A DNA stretch of 64,000 nt from Phoronis australis (lineage: Eukaryota > Animalia > Phoronida). The notes under the pieces were generated by a model that saw nothing but the letters and a program-made list of their open reading frames with translations, did not search any database and had not been told where the DNA came from. The translations under genes were made by a program, and so were the position numbers. Shown here piece after piece: positions 26,244 through 37,339 of this stretch. The stretch lies in assembly GCA_002633005.1 (NCBI GenBank), contig NMRA01000599.1, forward strand, positions 191,357-255,356, written 5' to 3'. The first letter of the stretch is position 1. The number at the start of each line of letters is the position of its first letter.

Positions 26244-26363
26244 CTGTTGGGTACTGTCTTATGCTGAATTCAGCAGCAAGTCCTTCGTGGTCCGAGAAGT
26301 TGAAGGTCTTATCGGGAATGCGGCCCATAGTCACGTAACTGTTCTCACAAGTAACGTCAATTC
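26244..26363 (-). CDS. SMPD2: Neutral sphingomyelinase exon 7 (catalytic SDH motif)
   Basis: catccag|GA...IDVTCENSYVTMGRIPDKTFNFSDHEGLAAEFSIRQYPT G|gtaaac. Confidence 0.9.
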
Positions 26364-27730
26364 CTGGATGTACAGACAGCTGTTGTAATAGACAATGGGA
26401 AAACAAAAAACACACCCTAGCCAAGTTCAGACAACTGGGATAACAAGTCAGCACTAACTGACACGGGGCATATAGCTTAACCCTCAGTTGGTAGTTTAAT
26501 CCTTCCATTTCAAATTTTCACTTTCATACAATGATGTTCTTTCCTTTACATAAAAATCAAACACAACAACCAGCAAAACAGCTAGTCGGTAACTAACCAA
26601 CCCTAAAATAGTAACAGGGTTGGAAGTCCACACAGCAAAAGTTTAGAATCAAGTGCCATACATATCAAAATCGAACTGCACATCTAATATTAACCGGCAC
26701 ACGTTGAAATGGAGATAGCGTAAACACATATATCTCATAGGACGAAAATAACTGCACGAACATCAAGCCCTTCGAAAGAACTTATTTACTCCAAGATTCG
26801 ACTTTTTATTATTCGCGTGTCACTCCGCCATTTGTATTTTTAAGGGAATTTGATTTCGTTAGTACTAACACACTGAACAAAAATTTTCCTCCCATTCTCT
26901 TGGTTTATATCCATTTCATCAAGTGGTGAAATCTTTGATGGAACTTCATCTCTGTTTACAGAGCTGAGTATTGGCAATAAAACAGCAAGAATATGAAAGT
27001 TATGGTAAATTCAGTAATGATCATCCCTCAAAGGTGACATTGTTTCAGGAAATTAACAATACAGGGGTCTGTTTTATCAAAGGTCATAAATCTGGTCCTG
27101 AGGTGGCAGGCACATCAGTAAACACGTTGCTGCATTATTAGAAGAGCAAAAACATTGCAATGGATAGAAAGTTGTTTGCAAAACGCAATAATGTTGATGA
27201 ACTGACCTACTTCTGTAAACTATCATTAGTGTACATGACAATATGATTAAGTATCGCTAGCACTTATTTTACCTTAGAATTGTTTTTTGATAGGTGCCAA
27301 TGATCGATCTTGCACCACTTGGTCCCATGTAAACGAACAGGAAATTTGACCTACACATTGGGGATATTCTACTTTTGTAGGAAATCAAATGAGCAACAAC
27401 AAAAAATAGTACACGGCTCGCAGATTTAAATTAGGTTTTCTAAAACTGGAATTATTTTATATTAAGTTTATTTTTTAAAATTTGAATTATGTTGGAGAAA
27501 TGTGTCAATTCAGCAGAATTTGCCTAAAGATTGTGCAGCTTCTTGCAAATGCTTTCTCTGTGATGTTCGTGTACATGTATGCGATAGTATTCTCTGCTGA
27601 GTAAGCCGTGAAAGTTTAGTCCCAATGAGGGAGGGTACCAGAAGTACCTATCTGAACATCTAAAGCATAACTCAGATCAAAACCAATGCTACACGTAGCT
27701 TTAAAAAGTCTCAGAAATACCGAAGGGCCT

Positions 27731-27763
27731 GTGTGTGTGTGTGTGCGTGTGCGTGTGCGTGTG
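27731..27763. repeat. (GT)n/(GTGTGC)n microsatellite next to the exon 6 donor
   Basis: Direct read. Confidence 0.9.
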
Positions 27764-27769
27764 ACTAAC

Positions 27770-27899
27770 CTGCATTACATCGGTAGAAGATGAAGTCAAT
27801 CCTTTGACCTTCTGGGTGTTTGCTCTTTGGGTCACAGACAGTGAAGCTGTTCTCGGGGGAGTCAACAGTCACACCTAACTCCCCTTCAGTCTTTGTTTT
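27770..27899 (-). CDS. SMPD2: Neutral sphingomyelinase exon 6 (RIDFIFY motif)
   Basis: atgcag|KTKTEGELGVTVDSPENSFTVCDPKSKHPEGQRIDFIFYRCNA G|gttagt. Confidence 0.9.
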
Positions 27900-28680
27900 C
27901 TGCATAGACATCACAAAATAAAGTCTTCCTTAACTTAACACTTGAGGGGCCAACTACAGTAAGAACTAAATGTTACTAGGAATGAACATCCACAAATTAA
28001 GTCATTGGTTCCTTTCATTCTGTTGGAGACCTAGTATCACACAATACAGCGTAGATAACCCACAACTGTCTTACCACAGAAAGGCCAATGTATCACCAAC
28101 GTTGCATGTATGTTCGTGCACCTGTATGTTGAACATGTCAATCTCATGGGGGAGGCCGAGTCACAACGAGTCTAGTGTCTATTGGTTAAAAATCAGTCTA
28201 CCGATGGCATAGTGTGTTTCATGAAACCAAGCCAAGGCTAAACGTCAGAAAATCTGTTTACAACTCAAAGCCAAAAATCAGGTGCCAGCTCAGGTGCAGA
28301 CTTGGCAAATGTAAAAGAAAAACTTTTGGCTTTGGGCTCTTTGAAAAGCAGGCACTTCGTAAACAGCGCAAACACTGTAGTTCATGTCTGTAAGCCATTA
28401 GTATCTGGTAACCTGATGACATGGAGATAGTACCAGCCATATTGTGAATTTGAGTGAGCCCGCATCAAGTTAATAGTAAATCAACAGACAAAACTATCAT
28501 GCTTTTATTCAGCATTGTGTGTCCTTTCTACATAAGACACATGGTCAGATTAAAAATATTACAGTACCCTCTGACAACCACATCACCATATGCTAAATCA
28601 TACATAATTGTGGCTGTCAATATTTGCTAAAACATAGCAGTTCATCCAAACAACATCAGCTACAACAGCTAGTTTAGTAC

Positions 28681-28890
28681 CCTTTCTAGCCAAGCGTCCA
28701 GAAGATTGGCATTATTTCGCACTATCTTATAGCCTAGGTCGTGTGACTGTAGATTGAGGTCGCCCCCGACGATGACCAGGTCACACGACTCGCTAGTGTA
28801 GCGGATGAACTGGCTCAACTCGAATGCCTGACATGTGCGATGGGCGTTGTACTCGTCTTCTTCGCTAGTGAAGTCGTACTGTGCGTGCAC
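28681..28890 (-). CDS. SMPD2: Neutral sphingomyelinase exon 5 (GDLN motif)
   Basis: ttacag|VHAQYD...AHRTCQAFELSQFIRYTSESCDLVIVGGDLN...DAWLER|gtacta. Confidence 0.92.
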
Positions 28891-29329
28891 CTGTAACCAA
28901 GACAACACAATGGGATAATGCACGTGTAACCATGACAATGCAAAGGGATAGTGCATATTACCCTCTGACACAGCGCCACCTACACTGAAAAGTGGCCCTG
29001 TGGAAACATGATCAACGACACACGAAATTAATTGCTTGGGCATCAATACGCATGCTTGGTCGGAAGTTTATCGAACACATTGCCACCATGCAATTATTCA
29101 AGTCATGGTAGGTTGCCATACTATGTAACACTAAATTGAAAGGGGTTTCCCAGATTTCAACCAATAGGAATGACTGAATGTTATGACGTCGGTTTCATAA
29201 CTTTAACCAATGAAAAGCCATGATAAAGAACATTCCACAGTGCTGCCTTTCATAGCACTGTGAAAGAGTGTACTGTAAGCAAGACAACGCAATGCAATAA
29301 TGCATCTGTCACTAAGGCACTGCAACAAC

Positions 29330-29760
29330 ATAGATAAAAAGGTGAACACAAAGAAAAGGAATGCCACTAGGGGTCAAAGCAATTTTTGATTTGGTCCAAA
29401 ACACAGTATTATTTGTTGTCAGCTCCATAGGAACGCATCCACCAAATTTCGCCAAACACCTTAGACAACGCAAAAACAAAAATTGCCACTAGGGACGACA
29501 CAATAGTCGAACACATCTGACAATCAACATCAGCTGTTGTCCTCTCATCAGGAATACATCTGCAAATTTTCCAAATACTCCTTTTGATGGTGTGGCAGAT
29601 AGAGAGGCAGAGGCCAGAAATTGGAATAAAAAATATAAAAATGGACACTCGTTGTCATCCGTTTCCAGCTTTATAGGAACACATCTTCCAATTTTCATTA
29701 AAATCCTTAAGTGGCTTTTAATAAGGAGATACAGCATTGGGTACCCAGACAGGTGACTAC
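29330..29760 (-). repeat. Partial HINE monomer array in nSMase intron 4
   Basis: tgccactaggggtc (~29362), tgccactagggacg (~29484), aaaaatggacactcg, ggagatacagc: same monomer landmarks as 14820-15704. Confidence 0.65.
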
Positions 29761-30162
29761 AATATGTACCCACGTACGTTTACATGCGGGCACATAAAAA
29801 TGGCTCAGTATGTCCAGAGCTTGAAATATTTATGTATCGGATCATTGGCAGATGCTTGGTACAACACTAAATCAGTGCATTACACCGCCAGTGATGTTAA
29901 TGTGCCTAAAGCAGCACACATTGCAGATACCAAAATCCAACCCTGCTGTATGTGTGAAATAGTTGAGATCAATGAAAAAGCAAATTCCGAAGAACTTGCA
30001 TCTGTCAGATGCACATAATTCTTTGTCTCACTTATAACTTTCACTCCAAGTTACAGTTGCTCTTGTTTGTGCACTTAGCCAATCACACTTCCACATACAC
30101 GTACATTATCTCTTAGTTTGGTTGCATCTGACTTACGCCATATTAGCAATATGCGAACTCAC

Positions 30163-30346
30163 GTGCGTCACATAGACGTTGATGCTGAGGCCTTTGTACT
30201 GTATCTTGCACAGACCAACGCCTTTAGCTGCGTACCAGTCACCGTGGTGCACTTTGTGAGCGAATCCATTGAGAAAAAAACAGTGCATGAAGCTCTCTGT
30301 GATTGGTCCTTTGGAGAAGACGCACATCCCACTGCCGATCCAGCCA
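30163..30346 (-). CDS. SMPD2: Neutral sphingomyelinase exon 4
   Basis: gctag|T GWIGSGMCVFSKGPI...LNGFAHKVHHGDWYAAKGVGLC...NVYVTH|gtgagt; matches SMPD2 GSGLCVFSK...HHGDW...K.VG. Confidence 0.93.
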
Positions 30347-30798
30347 CTAGCGAGGAGGAAAGTGAGCAAAAGTATGGAGCTAGATGTCGACACAAAATGT
30401 GACGCAACACGGGCCTGTTCCAAGAGACTGATTTAAGTTCATTTTTTACTTAAGTCTAAGATTTTTTTCTTAACTTCTGAAGTTTGAAACTTCCACATCC
30501 GGTGACATAGCCAAAACTAAGACAAAACTTACATCAAAAACTTCAGTCAAACTAAAAATCTCTTTCTTGAAATGGTCTTAAGAAAAATTTAAGTTTTATC
30601 TTAAAATTTACTACCTAAAATTGATGCTAAAATGAGGCATTGCACCTTAAACAACAATACACAACAATCATTTTTTTTGTAACATCACGAAAGTGTGCAC
30701 GTAGTGAGTGGAATTTCAAAAAAACAATGCTGGTGGTTCATTTTAGACACAACAAATCACTAACAGCAAATTTTCAGTTTACAGGGTTAACATGTTAC

Positions 30799-30875
30799 CT
30801 TTCAAAATAATGAGAATAGGGAAGTGTTGGGCTAACTTTCTCACACAGTCTGTCATAATCACTTTTAGCCCACAC
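30799..30875 (-). CDS. SMPD2: Neutral sphingomyelinase exon 3
   Basis: tttcag|VWAKSDYDRLCEKVSPTLPYSHYFE AG|gtaaca; too short for the ORF track. Confidence 0.9.
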
Positions 30876-31516
30876 CTGAAATGAAATTTGAAAAATAAAA
30901 TGCACATTGATACCGGAAGTGTTCACCTAAGCCTTAATACACTTGTAAAAAAGAGCAGTGACATTCATATCCACAAGAAATGTGAGCATAAGTATCGATG
31001 AAATTACTTATTAACAACAATTAAACCCTCAAAACTACAAGCATTTTTCAATTTGAATGTGAAAAAGTTCAACATTTGAATTCATACACCACAATAAAAT
31101 TGGTTCTCAATGTATACCAAACAATGGTCTCAACTCGATCTTCCATTCTCACTTGAAATAATTCCTGGACTTAAGATCTTGTCACAGGCTCCTTCCACAG
31201 CCATTCTATAATTAATAACATTTACCCACAATGCAGCATGTTTGTCAGAATGTAACTTTATTCTTTGATGTAATATTTAACATTTTGATAAAAGGACTTT
31301 TCCCAGTCTCTGAACAAATTACGGGATGATCTTCGCTATCTCCACTGAAAGCAAAACAACAATCGTTGGTCAAATTCCTTAATATATGGAAGGCCATAAC
31401 TACAGCACACCACAAATTGCCGGAGACTCTACAAAATGTCCTGCATCCAACTGTAACGTATTGCCAACACATGATTTTTTTAAGGGCATGCATATCAACA
31501 GTGGCTTACGACATAC

Positions 31517-31619
31517 CTCCTCCAGTATAATGAGATCGTGTGTTCCCTTCGATAATTCATCAGCAATAGCAGCAAGTCTTTCATTCTTTAATTTTGCCAT
31601 ATAAGGGAACGGAATGCCC
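31517..31619 (-). CDS. SMPD2: Neutral sphingomyelinase exon 2 (metal-binding EE)
   Basis: ttttctctag|G GIPFPYMAKLKNERLAAIADELSKGTHDLIILEE|gtatgt. Confidence 0.92.
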
Positions 31620-31910
31620 CTAGAGAAAAACAAGAAAGGTTGATAACAAATAATACATTAAGAAATGTTGATTGCTGACCATTAAAGTGGTCTAAATTTT
31701 CCCCAAATTGGACTGTAGCACAAGATTATCTAGAGACAACAATCAATGACCACGACCACCACACAAAATGGCCATGATCCATTCATACAGACTTCAGGGA
31801 AATAAAAACTGGGTAAGCTGTATTACCACCTATTTAAAGAGGTTAGTCCATCGATAGAGTGAAAAAGTAAAATCAAACATCTTGATTTGTTGGTCAACTC
31901 TTATGAAACA

Positions 31911-32084
31911 ACATCAGTTTAAAGACTATCTTGAATGGTAACACCAGTAAATGGTTCCCACAGCATGTTAAGAGCATTGCCACAAATTGTCAAATGTACA
32001 TCAGTTTAAAGCCTATCTTGAATGGTAACACCAGTAAATGGCTCCTACAGCATGTAAAGAGCACTGCCATAAATTGTCAAATGT
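31911..32084. repeat. Two-copy 87-bp tandem duplication in nSMase intron 1
   Basis: acatcagtttaaag...aaattgtcaaatgt at 31911-31997 and 31998-32084 with a few substitutions. Confidence 0.9.
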
Positions 32085-33568
32085 AACAAACTGTTAGGCG
32101 TCTTGGTTTGCTTTTTGACTACGTCACCGCAAGAATCGCATTTTAATTCAAACAGCTGCGAATAACACCCGAACCTAGTGGTGTTCTGTTTAGACCCCTA
32201 TTCAATACAACTATTGTCGGCCTTTTGTTGTTTGTGCTGGGATTTCGCGGTGATGTTATATGGCACGAAGAGGCAGCTTCACCTATCATTTGAGTGACCA
32301 ACATTTGCGAGATTAAACATGCGTTTTCTTATTTTCCTAAGACTTTGCTAGGACTACCTGGTTAGCCCAATACATATAAAATAACAAAATTCTGCAGAAG
32401 TTAACCTTTAAGGTGAACAGGTGTGTCATCCGCCATACTAAGACTTGTGGTTTGCTCAGGAATTTCAAAGGTGTTCTGGCTCCTCGGACAGGTCCATCAT
32501 GATAACTGTTTTCGTCATTTTATTTTTGATTCTCCACTCTACTTTGTTGTTTCCAGCCAGGTCCCTATCTTTTGATTTATTTTTAAGCTTGAAGTGACAA
32601 AACAGAGGCAGATTTCGATCGTCAGTGAAACTATGAAGTCAGCTCTCAACCACCCACTCACCTCATCTACTGCTTGGATTTTCTCATTGACTTTGAAGCT
32701 AGTCATAGTTAATCTTCACAATGTGTGTTTCATCACTAGCTGAATAACCAATGTCACAGTTTTCCAGTTAGCGTGCTACTCCTTGAATAAAGTAGTTTGA
32801 CACAACTGGGTGATAAGCGCCATCTTAAAACGCTATTGACATCTAGAATCGGTGGTTGTGTGTTGTTTCTATTAGTTGTAATGTAGTTGTGGTATTGTTA
32901 ATTATGATCAGCGTAAGTAAATCCTGCGAATATATCAATACGCATGTTTGTTTGTCTTCATTCCGTAACAATGTTTTGTAGTTTTTTTTGCTTTAGATAT
33001 CAATATTTAAAAATTAAATACCTGACTACATTGTTTTTTCCAGCTCAATACTACCGTAATGTTAAGTTTTAACAAAAATTATCGGTTTAATCATTTTGAA
33101 AATTCGACATTACCATGATGCTCAGGCAAAAACTGCATCCGACTCCACCCCGACTCTGGCGCAAAGCTCACTTTGATCCTGGTTCAAGTCGCTATATGAA
33201 CAAGGCTGAAGTAAAGGAGTAGCATTGAAAATATATCCTGTATGCTTTCCTTGTAAGTGAATTACCGGTATATATTCACGGCATGTGACTGGCACTGACA
33301 CTTAGAAAAAAGTAAAATGAGAAGATATCCAAAAGAATTTGAAATTTGTGTTCCGTAGACTTGTTGTCGTCAACAGGCGTGAATTCATGTAACTTCCTCA
33401 AAATGGCACTGGCTAATTATAGCTCAATATTTATATACCTGTTTCATTCGATGTTATTCGCTGTCCTCTGAAATGAGTAATTTTTTATGGGGGCTGCACT
33501 ATCGCCTGTGTATGCCTGTGGCAAACTTGAAGCCAAAGACAAAGCTTCCAAAGAGCTACCAATCCAAA

Positions 33569-33625
33569 TAGACAATGACCAACGCCTCTACTGGCAGCGC
33601 GAGCAGAGACGATGGTCATTGTCTA
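33569..33625. mobile_element. 57-bp hairpin mini-element with 10-bp TSD
   Basis: tagacaatgacca...tggtcattgtcta flanked by ccaatccaaa (33559-33568, 33626-33635); same family as 42608-42673. Confidence 0.8.
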
Positions 33626-33809
33626 CCAATCCAAAAGGCAAAGGCCCCCAAACCGAAAGGGCTGTGCTGTGCACTAAACAGAAAGGAACGTTCTTTGGGA
33701 AGGAAACTGGAAACGACTGAAACTAACAAATTCAGAAATATGTGCCTCTCATCGGAACCACATAGTATAGGTTGAGAAACAAGACCCGCTCAGAGTTAAT
33801 GAGACTTAC

Positions 33810-33847
33810 CAACAGTTTAAAGTCAACACTTTCAGCGACTCTGCCAT
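33810..33847 (-). CDS. SMPD2: Neutral sphingomyelinase exon 1 (start)
   Basis: aaaATG GCA GAG TCG CTG AAA GTG TTG ACT TTA AAC TGT TG|gtaagt = MAESLKVLTLNCW, matching the L(R/K)I..LNCWG start of SMPD2. Confidence 0.9.
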
Positions 33848-33970
33848 TTTTAAATCTTCCGGTTACTAATATATCGCCACCTGGCGAGTACAAGCGCGAT
33901 CCCCCTGCCTACATGGCATGCGGCACTAGCAACCGCACGTAAAAGCTTGCGACCCCGAGACTAGCTAAGA
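33848..33970 (-). promoter_or_regulatory. Probable nSMase promoter / 5' UTR region
   Basis: CpG-enriched; ETS-like CTTCCGG (~33856) and CTCF-like tcgccacctggcga (~33874) just upstream of the ATG. Motif matches only. Confidence 0.4.
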
Positions 33971-34394
33971 GAGATTGCACAGAGAATTTCCGTCTGCCTG
34001 CTGTACTCAGTTTTGATGGAGACTTGTAGTTAACAAATTAAGCCTATTCTTGCTTCTTCAGTGTGAAGCTAGACTCACTCCCCGGCCCTGCACGGCTACA
34101 CTCAGTCGATTTCTATTAGACAAACAACAAATCCCGCGACAATTACATAGTAGGCAATTCTTAATAAGTTCTGAGCTGTGGCCCTGGGTGAATGCCAGGA
34201 CTATTGGCCTGAGGTATCTTTTCAACTCCAGTCGCACCGTGGACGACAGAAAATTCACTTTTAGTGGCCAAACAGTAATTCAATTCCAGGACTCCAAGTT
34301 CACACACAGCAAAAAAGGTCAGATCGCTTGACTTTTCGAGAAAAGGTCTACCAAGTGAAAAAAATAAGCCTATTAGCGGAAATAAGACACAAAC

Positions 34395-34754
34395 TGTCGC
34401 ATACGCGATATTTAACTAGGTAAATAAAACAACAAGAATGGATCAACTGAAATTTTAGGATGTAATATCGTCCTTTGTCAACAGACGTTAACATCCGAAA
34501 ATTTCAGTTGATCCATTCTTGTTGTTTTATTTACCTATTTATATTCTTCATTTCGTGAAACAATAGTATCCTTGGGAGGATCTGGATCGCCTGATTTAGT
34601 TTCAGATTTTATTTTCTACGATATTTAACATCACGTTCACGAGATGACGCATTCTAGCAGAACGCTCTCTGGATTTGGAATGTACAATGTATATGTTTGT
34701 AGTTGAATATTAATGGAATATATTTATTAATATGTCTTTTATCTTAATTCTACA
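34395..34754 (+). repeat. 5' LTR (~147 bp net) interrupted by a hairpin element (34417-34618)
   Basis: tgtcgcatac...ttaattctaca aligns to the split 3' LTR. The insertion has ~47-bp inverted arms (34417-34537) and is flanked by an 11-bp duplication cgatatttaac. Confidence 0.85.
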
Positions 34755-34772
34755 TGGTGACCTCGACGTGAT
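34755..34772 (+). promoter_or_regulatory. Primer-binding site, tRNA-Trp
   Basis: TGGTGACCTCGACGTGAT is 17/18 identical to the tRNA-Trp PBS TGGTGACCCCGACGTGAT (recalled), directly after the LTR CA. Confidence 0.85.
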
Positions 34773-34840
34773 GGATCAGCAGCAAGTTTTTTTAAACTGA
34801 AAGACAACTGTAAATTTAACGGTAAGCTTAAACAAACAAA

Positions 34841-35640
34841 ATGACCTCGAGAGACGAAATAGAAGCCAAAGGAAAGGCTCGTTTACACGGTGTAGAAATG
34901 CCGAAACAACTTGAATTTTCTAGTAAAAAAACTATATGAGGAATACATTAGGTTTAAAACACTGACAAAGGAAATTATGAATTGTTACGAAGGACTTGAA
35001 GAAAAACACCAAGTCGATAGTGGATGGGTCCAGAAGCATGTGTGAAACATGCAAACCACCCCTTTGATGGTAATGATAACGAGAAGATAAACCCCCTGTG
35101 GACGTATTTCGATGGCATTTGTGCCAAGAAGGAAGGCACAGAAGGATCGTGGAATGCATCACGGATGAAATTAAAGTTTGTCAAGCAGCAAGCGGATGAG
35201 ACTGTTGATCAATTTTATGATCGGATAAGGAAGTTGTTACAGCAATGTGAATATCTAAATGGCATTTCAAGCGTCATGGAGACTGAAGCCCTTAAATACG
35301 GATTCAAAGATGTTAAGATTTTGGAAAAAGTTTATGCCCTCCCAAAGACAAACACTCAAGTATTGGACACGGCAAGGGCGACGGAGGCAGCACAACGGCA
35401 CATGCAAGAAGATGGTAAAGTGAGGCAGGAGATCACACAGTGTTCTGATACCGCAAATAATACTGATGAACTTCGACAAACTCGCACACGACAGATTAAT
35501 TGCACGAAATGTGGATATATGCACCCACCAAAGCGATGTCCAGCGTTCGGGAAGAATGCAAACAGATGAACCATTTTGAGCGGTGATGTCAGCTCAACAT
35601 TAAACCTGAGAAGCGGGAAACTGAAAAGAGAAGAAAGCAT
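34841..35640 (+). pseudogene. Gypsy gag, frameshifted
   Basis: QQADETVDQFYDRIRKLLQQCEY motif and CTKCGYMHPPKRCPAFGK...NHF zinc knuckles. Confidence 0.85.
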
Positions 35641-35647
35641 GTGAAGA

Positions 35648-37339
35648 GAGAGAGATAGAGAGAGAAAGAGAGAGAGANNNNNNNNNNNNNNNNNNNNNNN
35701 NNNNNNNNNNNNNNNNNNNNNNNNNNNNNNNNNNNNNNNNNNNNNNNNNNNNNNNNNNNNNNNNNNNNNNNNNNNNNNNNNNNNNNNNNNNNNNNNNNNN
35801 NNNNNNNNNNNNNNNNNNNNNNNNNNNNNNNNNNNNNNNNNNNNNNNNNNNNNNNNNNNNNNNNNNNNNNNNNNNNNNNNNNNNNNNNNNNNNNNNNNNN
35901 NNNNNNNNNNNNNNNNNNNNNNNNNNNNNNNNNNNNNNNNNNNNNNNNNNNNNNNNNNNNNNNNNNNNNNNNNNNNNNNNNNNNNNNNNNNNNNNNNNNN
36001 NNNNNNNNNNNNNNNNNNNNNNNNNNNNNNNNNNNNNNNNNNNNNNNNNNNNNNNNNNNNNNNNNNNNNNNNNNNNNNNNNNNNNNNNNNNNNNNNNNNN
36101 NNNNNNNNNNNNNNNNNNNNNNNNNNNNNNNNNNNNNNNNNNNNNNNNNNNNNNNNNNNNNNNNNNNNNNNNNNNNNNNNNNNNNNNNNNNNNNNNNNNN
36201 NNNNNNNNNNNNNNNNNNNNNNNNNNNNNNNNNNNNNNNNNNNNNNNNNNNNNNNNNNNNNNNNNNNNNNNNNNNNNNNNNNNNNNNNNNNNNNNNNNNN
36301 NNNNNNNNNNNNNNNNNNNNNNNNNNNNNNNNNNNNNNNNNNNNNNNNNNNNNNNNNNNNNNNNNNNNNNNNNNNNNNNNNNNNNNNNNNNNNNNNNNNN
36401 NNNNNNNNNNNNNNNNNNNNNNNNNNNNNNNNNNNNNNNNNNNNNNNNNNNNNNNNNNNNNNNNNNNNNNNNNNNNNNNNNNNNNNNNNNNNNNNNNNNN
36501 NNNNNNNNNNNNNNNNNNNNNNNNNNNNNNNNNNNNNNNNNNNNNNNNNNNNNNNNNNNNNNNNNNNNNNNNNNNNNNNNNNNNNNNNNNNNNNNNNNNN
36601 NNNNNNNNNNNNNNNNNNNNNNNNNNNNNNNNNNNNNNNNNNNNNNNNGGTTGTTTATTGCACTTGGAGCTAAGCTCATTTGTACATATTACATTGCAAC
36701 ATTTGGTATAGGTGGCAATTTCATGTCCGGGTATTCAATACATAAATACATACTTACACGTTACAATGTTAGAGTTTCCTGTCTAATACCATAAGCCTTT
36801 AATATAAATAAGGACAGTCTTTTCAAAAGATTTCCAGAGTTTGTTTTGAATAAGTTTTTGACGTTTTCGATGCCAGTATGCTGTCGGGATATTTCTGGTA
36901 AAAAAATCATTCTAATGTCGTTAGGTACGGGGCAGTTAAGTAATAAGTGTATTTCGTTTTCAATTTCTGAACGGTTGCAAATTTCGAAAAGTCTATCTTC
37001 CTTTGGAATGTCATGGTGCCAACCAGTTTTTATTTTCAGTTGGTGTTCAGAGCATCTGAATTTGGCTAGAATTCTACGTAGAGTTGGTGGTAGACTGTAA
37101 AGATATCCTTCACAAGATAAATCTGTTTTGATAATAGAGTAAAATGAGCACTTGCTAGAGCTCTGCACTGATGTCCTCCATTTTTGGGCACCACAATCCA
37201 ACAATCTTTGCTTAAATTCTGATATAAATAAATCAATGTTACCCGGTCCATTTATCCATACCTCCCCAAACCCGTATCTGAATGAAATATCTTTAACTGC
37301 ACTGGCCCAATTTGCTCGTCCTTTTTCACAGTCTTCCCG
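35648..37339 (-). mobile_element. 5'-truncated LINE (RTE-X-like C-terminus) inserted antisense in the Gypsy element
   Basis: ORF 36761-37204 ...LAKFRCSEHQLKI.TGW..IPKEDRL.EICN..EIE.EIHLLLNC (C-terminal Zn knuckle of a LINE ORF2); 3' UTR aataaa; (TC)n tail seen as (GA)n at 35644-35677 across the gap. Clade assignment tentative. Confidence 0.8.
35678..36648. other. Assembly gap (N run)
   Basis: Direct read. Confidence 1.

Noticed and set aside
35600-36679. Long ORFs in the track at 35600-36679 and 58172-58821
   Set aside because: Artefacts of N runs.
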